From: Pristiophorus japonicus
Taxonomy: Eukaryota
Assembly: GCF_044704955.1 (NCBI RefSeq)
Contig: NC_091979.1
Coordinates: 110,732,001 to 110,796,000 of the forward strand
Reading direction: 5' to 3'
Length of the DNA stretch: 64,000 bases
The translations under genes were made by a program, and so were the position numbers. The notes under the pieces are model-generated. The model had not been told where the DNA came from, did not search any database, and saw only the letters and a program-made list of their open reading frames with translations. Shown piece after piece: positions 57,742 to 64,000 of this stretch; within the stretch, counting starts at the first letter, position 1, and every line of letters starts with the position of its first letter.

Positions 57742-58135
57742 GCTGATGACACCCAGTTCCATCTCACTGCCACTTCTCTCGACCCCACCACAGTCTTTAA
57801 ATTATCAGACTTTTGTCCGACATTTAGTTCTGAATGAGCAGAAATTTTCTCCAGTTGAATATTGGGAAGACCGAAGCCATTGTTTTCGGTCCCTGCCAGA
57901 AACTACGTTCCCTCGCCACTCACTCCATCCCTCTCCGCAACTTCTATCTGAGGCTGAACCACACTGTTCACAACCTTGGTGTCATATTTGACCCTGAAAT
58001 GAGCTTTCGACTTCATATTCGCTGTATAACTAAGACCGCCTATTTCCACCTCCATAACATCACTTGTCTCCGCCCTTGCCTCAGCTCATCTGCTGCTGAA
58101 GCCCTCTTCCAGTTATCTCTAGAGTTGACTATTCT
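57742..58135 (+). mobile_element. L2 RT fragment
   Basis: MSRNFLQLNIGKTEAI, NLGVIFDPEMSF. Confidence 0.85.
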
Positions 58136-58139
58136 AGAG

Positions 58140-60625
58140 GATATAGTGATGGAGGAGCCTCAGCCGTTGCTCATGTCCAACAGGTACGAGGTTCTTGTTC
58201 CCTGAGCAGGGACTGCAGGGAGGATGAGCAAACTGACCACAGCACCGTGGTACAGGGGGCCATTCAAGTTGGGGGAGTAAAAATAAATATTGCAATGGTA
58301 GGAGACAGTGTAGTTAGAGGGATAGATCCTGCTCTCTGCAGCCAAGTAGGGAAAAATGATGAGACAAAATTAAAAGCTCTTCATCTGAATGCATGCAGCA
58401 TTCGTAATAAGATAGATGAGTGGAAGGCACAAATAGAAATAAATGGGTATGATCTGATAGATATTAGAGACATGGTTGCAAGGTGACCAAGGTTGGGAAC
58501 TGAATATTCAGGAGTATTTGCCATTTCGGAAGGATATGCTGAAAGGAAAAGGAGGTGGGGTAGCTCGGTTCATAAAGGATGAGATCAGTGTAGTAGTGAG
58601 AAATGATATTGGCTCAGAAGATCAAGGTGCAGAATCAGTTTGGGCAGAAATAAGAGGTTGGAAAAGTTTGAACTGTTCTCCTTGGAACAGAAATTTAAGA
58701 AGTGACCTAATGGAGGGTTTCGCAATGATAGAGTAAATAAGGAAAAAATAATTCCTCTGGCGAGTGAGTCATAAATTCAAGTGGAAGAAGTCACTGGTGA
58801 GAGTAGTCTATAGGCCCCCTTACAATAGCCACACTGTAGCAGAGTATAAATCAAGAAATAATGGGGACTTGTAAGAAAGGTACGGCAATAATCATGGGTG
58901 ATTTTTAACTTCATAGTCATTGGACAAATCAAATTGGCAACAGTAGCCTTGAGAAAGAGTTCATAGAGTGTATTCGGGATGGTTTCTTCGAACAATATGT
59001 TGTGGAACCAACCAGGGAGCAGACTATTTTAGATCTGGTAATGTGTAATGAGACTGGATTCATTAATGATCTCAAAGTAAAGGATCCTCTTGGGAAAAGT
59101 GATCATAGCATGATAGACTGAATTTGAAATTCTGAGGGTGAGAAAAGCTTGGTCTCAAACTGGTGTCCTCAACTTAAATAAAGGCAATTACAAAAGGTAT
59201 GAACGCAGAGTTGGCTAAAGTGGACAGGAAAATAGATTAAAGCGTAAGACGGTCGATGAGCAGTGGCAAACTGTGAGGTTATCCACTTTGGCAGAAAAAA
59301 AAAAAGAAAAGCAAATTATAATTTCAATGGAGAAAAATTGCAAAGTGCTGCAGTACAGAGGGACCTGGGAGTTCTTGTGCAAGAAACACAAGAAGTTAGT
59401 ATGCAGGTACAGCAAGTAATCAGGAAAGCAAATGGAATGATGGCCTTTATTGCAAGGGATGGAGAGTATAAAAACAGAAAAGTCCTGCTACAACTGTACA
59501 TGGTATTGGTGAGGCCACACCTAGAGTACTGCATACAATTTTGGTCTCCTTATTTACGGAAGGATATCCTTGCATTGGAGGCGGTTCAGAGAAGGTTCAC
59601 TAGGTTGATTCCGGAGATGAAGGGGTTGACTTATGAAGATCGGTTGAGTAGGTTGGGCCTATACTCATTGGAGTTCAGAAGAATGAGAGGTGATCTTATC
59701 GAAACATATAAGATAATGAGGGGGCTCGACAAGATGGATGCAGAGAGGATACTTCCAACTCATAGGGGAAAACTAAAACTAGGGGACAGTCTCAGAATAA
59801 GGGGCCGACCATTTAAAACTGAGATGAGGAGAAATTTCTTCTCTGAGGGTTGTAAATCTATGGAATTCTCTGCTCCAGAGAGCTGCAGAGGCTGAGTCAT
59901 TGAATATATTTAAGGCGGAGTTAGACAAAATTTTTGATCGATAAGGGAATAAAGGGTTACGGGGAGCGGGCAGGGAAGTGGAGCTGAGTCCATGATCAGG
60001 TCAGTCATGATCTTATTGAATGGCGGAGCAGGTTCAAGGGGCAAAATGGCCTACGACTGCTCCTATTTCTTATGTTATGCTCTTATGTAACACTAGTTTG
60101 ACCCAGCTGGAATATTTTGGAGAGGGTACAGAAGAGATTTACTAGAATGGTTCCAGGGATGAAGGATAGCAGTCACATGGATAGACTGGAGAAGCTGGGG
60201 TTGTTCTTCTTAGAGCAGAGAAGGCTAAGAGGAGATTTAAAAGAGTAGATAAGGCTAAGAGATTGGCTAGAGGTGTTTCAAATCATGAAGGGTTTAGATA
60301 GAGTAAATAAAGATAAACTTTCCAATGGTTGAATGGTCAGTAACCAGAGGGCTCAGACTTGAGGTGCTTGGCAAAACAACCAGAGGCGACATGAGGAAAA
60401 ACCTTTTTTATGAAACAAGTGGTTAGGATTTGGAATGCACTGCCTGATAGGATGGTGGATACAAATTCAATAGTAGCTTTCAAAAGGAATTGGATAAATA
60501 CTTGAATGGCAAGGATATGGGGAAAAAAGCAGAGGAGTGGGACTAACTGGATTGCTCTTCGAAAGAGCTGGCGCAGACTCGATGGGTCGAATGATCTCCT
60601 TCTGTGCTGTACTATTCTATGATTT
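58140..60625 (+). mobile_element. CR1 cluster: decayed ORF1 and APE (58140-59265), RT 3' end (59267-60090), further 3' end (60100-60625)
   Basis: SNRYEVL, VGDSVVRGID, LHLNACSIRNK, GDF, KSDH; ORF 59263-59895. Confidence 0.82.
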
Positions 60626-61144
60626 ATTTTTGTACCTGTGCACTCGCTTTTAGTGTTTTGTGCAACTGGGCACCTAAATTCCTTTGCTCCCGTCTATGTC
60701 CCTTTGTAACTTTCTGCCCCCCCCATTTACACAACTTGCTGTACTATTTAATTTAGTGTCATCTGCAAACTCGGTGGGGTCAAATGGCCTCCTTCCATGC
60801 TGTACTGTTCTATGATTCATTGCTTTAGAACAATAGGGGTTTTACCAAAAAAGTATGACAGGGAAAGTATGATAGGAAGTAAAAGCAGCACTTACAAGAA
60901 GTACATACTATACAAAAAAACTTACCATATTTTATAAATAGGCATAATGTTAAACCAGTAATTTTTTTTTATAAACATGTAGTTGAACATCCTATCTCTA
61001 TCAGCTTGGCAGCACTCCTGTCTTTGGATCATAAGGTTGAGGGTCAAGTCTGATTGAGTTGACCTCAATCTCGGCTGATTACATTAGCAGTGCTGCATTG
61101 TCAAAAGTGGTATAATTGTACTGTTGGTGCTCTGATTTTGGGCA

Positions 61145-61490
61145 GTCACCGACGACAAGGTCCAACACCGCCTCCAGTGCGCCAGCGCAGCCTTCGCTCG
61201 CCTGAGGAAGTGTTCAAAGGTCGAGCCCTCAAATCCTGAGTGGAGAAAGAGCATCCAGGAGGGTGCTGAGCACCTCGAGTCTCGTCGCTGAGAGCATGCA
61301 GAAAATAAGCGCAGGCAGCGGAAGGAGTGTGCGGCAAACCAGACTCCCCACCCACCCTTTCCTTCAATGACTATCTGTCCCACCTGTGACAGAGACTGTA
61401 ATTCTTGCATTGGATTGTAGTCACCTGAGAACTCACTTTTAGACTGGAAGCAAATCTTCCTCAATTTCGAGGGACTGCCTATGATGATGC
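61145..61490 (+). mobile_element. Internally deleted RTE 3' fragment
   Basis: Matches 51625-52380 with large deletions; RTE tail gggactgcctatgatgatg. Confidence 0.82.
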
Positions 61491-61499
61491 TCTGACTTT

Positions 61500-61770
61500 G
61501 TCATTCATTCATGCAAACCCTTTTTCTCTTGGCTCCACCACTGACGGCACAACCTATAACCTTAGCCGTACTTTCTAGAATTCCCTCCCTAAACCCCTCC
61601 ACTTCTCTCTCCAGCTTCAAAAACTTTCTTAAAACTCATCTATTTGACCAACTTTTTGGTCATCTCTGCTCTCTCACTATGACTCAGCATCCACTCCATT
61701 CTTGCTCTCCTATGCAAAGCATTGGCCGTTTTTCTACTTAAAAGGTGCTATGTAAATGTAAGTTGTTGTA
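61500..61770 (+). mobile_element. Degraded L2 3' end
   Basis: aattccctccctaaaccc, ttgaccaac.ttttggtca, aaaggtgctat.taaatgtaagttgttg. Confidence 0.72.
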
Positions 61771-62139
61771 AAATTAGGCAAGTATTATTTGAAGAAAATT
61801 ATATTTAACATATTTATTTAACTATATTTAATATAGTCAACATGATTTGATAAGCAATATTTTTCCTGTAACCGCAAGTTATTAAGAGCCAAAAGGAACT
61901 AATCAATCGCTGTACCATTTTAAAAAATTTCAAGTAACACACACACTTCTACATCATGTGTAAGCAATAAATTTACAGTAAAGTCTTTAAAAACAAATTT
62001 ATTCCCAGAAGTGTTGAAATCTTATTGCTGACAATTAAGTAGAACATAAGTATATTTACATTGCAAACTGATCTACAATAGTCAATGTTAACCCCATAAG
62101 TTACCTTTTATGCTTTGTATCTTAGTACAAGATAATTAG

Positions 62140-62332
62140 ACAGGAAATTAGCACATCAGTCAGCCTCAGTGGAGTGAATAGATAAGTTAATATTTCAGGG
62201 GTGGCTGAAGGATCTGCACCTGAAACATTAACTTATCTGCTCTCTCCTCAGATACTCAATGACCTGCTGAGTGGTTCCAGAATTTTCTGACTTTAGTTTA
62301 GATATAAAGCATCAGCATTTTTTTGCTTTTTG
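62140..62332. mobile_element. Inverted pair of Penelope terminal-repeat remnants
   Basis: 62180-62199 and 62219-62238 are inverted (19 of 20); right arm resembles the reverse complement of 49285-49400. Confidence 0.68.
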
Positions 62333-62408
62333 TTTAGTGAAGATATTACTTGATAGAAACCCAAAATTAAATTACAAAAAGATTTTGCAGCCTTACACTA
62401 ATGCTTAC

Positions 62409-62609
62409 TGGGAACATTCCCAACTGTTCCTGTTGTTCTTCCACTTCCTCGATTAGAGCTTGCAGTGTTTTGCTGATGTAAGGTGACCAAATACTCTTTT
62501 CTTCACTCTTTTCAGGGTAACAAGGAAGAACACTGTTGGCGAACTGTCTACAGAGAGGGCATGTAAACTCTCCTTTATCCACCGAGAAACTCTGCAGCAC
62601 CTGGTCATT
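62409..62609 (-). CDS. UBR3: UBR3 E3 ubiquitin ligase, internal coding exon (201 nt, phase 0-0), second half of the RING-H2 region
   Basis: Translates NDQVLQSFSVDKGEFTCPLCRQFANSVLPCYPEKSEEKSIWSPYISKTLQALIEEVEEQQEQLGMFP, matching vertebrate UBR3 as I recall it (NDQVLQGFSVDKGEFTCPLCRQFANSVLPCYP); acceptor ctttctttcag, donor CCA/gtaagc. Confidence 0.96.
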
Positions 62610-63189
62610 CTGAAAGAAAGTCATATCACCTATTTTTTAATGAAAAGTACCACCAAATTCTAAGTCATCAGAGATACTTGTTCACTGTTAAATCTGTTGT
62701 CAAACAATCCCATTTAAAACTTTCTAATAACAAAAAAAGCACATCATATTTGTAAATCGATAGAATTGCAGAAGGGGAAGCAATATTTTATATTTCTTTG
62801 TTTACAAATACACGTGATGGAATAAATTTTATCAGAACACATTAACATATTAACTGGATGCAATGCCATCATGACATAATTGACAGGTTTCTGCTGGCTA
62901 TTTATTATGACCGAACAAAAAATGCTGTTAAAAAGACAGTGCCCTTTTAAAATACATTAAGCAACAGAATATTGTTCTTGTTGCTGCTGCTCCAACATTG
63001 TTTCAAAGGAGCGAGCGATGGTAAGTAGCCTGGTAGCATCAGTGCACATTGCGCAGATAGTGGTAGGATGCCGGCTTATACTTATGCTACACTGAAAATT
63101 CTTCAACTTGAACAAATGGAGGATATACAGAGCAGGAGCTAGCCAGTTGCTCCATTTACTTAGCAAGAGAATTAGGAAAATCAACCTGG

Positions 63190-63732
63190 TTGGTCTCCCA
63201 CATTCTACCCTACGTAAACTTTAGGTAATCCAAAATTCAGCTGTCCGTGTCCTAACTTGCACCAAGTCCCACTCATCCATCACCCCTGTGCTCGCTGACC
63301 TACACTGGTTCCCGGTTAAGCAATGCCTCGATTTCAAAATTCTCATCCTTGTTTTCAAATCCCTCCATGGCCTCGCCCCTCCCTATCTCTGCAATATCCT
63401 TCAGCCCCATAACCCGACCCCCCCCCCCCGGAGATATCTGCGCTCCTCTAATTTCTGCCCTCTTGAGCAAACCTGATTATAATCGCTCAAGCATTGGTGG
63501 CCCTGCCTTCTGTTGCCTAGGCCCTAAGCTCTGGAATTCCCTGCCTAAACCTCTCCACCACTATATCCTCCTTTAAGACACTCCTTAAAACCTAGCTCTT
63601 TGACCAAGCTTTTGGTCACCTGCCCTAATATCTGTTACGTGTCAAATTTTTTGTCTCATAATATTCCTGTGAAGCACCTTACGACTTTTCACTGTGTTAA
63701 GCCGCTATATAAATACAAGTTGTTGTTGTTAA
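63190..63732 (+). mobile_element. L2 3' end
   Basis: LADLHWFPVKQCLDFKIL, LGPKLWNSLP and (ttg)n tail. Confidence 0.9.
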
Positions 63733-64000
63733 TTTAAGACATTTTGCAAATACTATTGTGTAATCACCCATTACAAACACCTGTATGAACGTCACATGCC
63801 CTTCTCTTGATTAATGATTGCATAACAGTGCATTGTTAAAAAATAAATATACATGTCTTACAATTGCAATTCAAATTATAGCTAAATCCAAGGCAATCAA
63901 ACTGGCATTGGATTCTTTAAAAGATGGAACTATATGATGGCCACTATATAAAAGTGAGCAGTGAATGTGTTTTCAAAAAGAGCCTCCCCAATTTTCTCCC

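Overview
Vertebrate nuclear DNA, most likely from a cartilaginous fish (shark), inferred from the CR1, L2, RTE, DeuSINE and Penelope families present. The window lies entirely inside one gene on the minus strand, the E3 ubiquitin ligase UBR3. Three coding exons are visible (62409-62609, 47484-47620, 33473-33558); they have canonical AG/GT ends and join in frame, covering the second half of the RING-H2 region and the sequence after it. The introns (about 14.8 kb, 13.9 kb and more than 33 kb) are mostly nested transposons: a near-intact young CR1 LINE (ORF1 zinc finger plus SGNH esterase, ORF2 APE plus RT, 52-bp 5' monomers), many truncated CR1s, L2, RTE, an old L1, a Penelope GIY-YIG fragment, tRNA-derived SINEs, and hAT, Tigger and Harbinger-type MITEs. 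Almost all long ORFs in the track are retroelement ORFs or their antisense shadows. No prokaryotic system, CRISPR array, rRNA or true tRNA gene is present, and I found no clearly new multi-gene system. The best leads are a Penelope-borne minimal hammerhead ribozyme, two candidate poison exons in a transposon-free island around the 86-nt UBR3 exon, the promoter and splice architecture of the CR1 5' end, a mosaic CR1, several template-switch micro-inversions and a PBX/MEIS motif cluster. Repeat boundaries not anchored by TSDs or TIRs are approximate (tens of bp).
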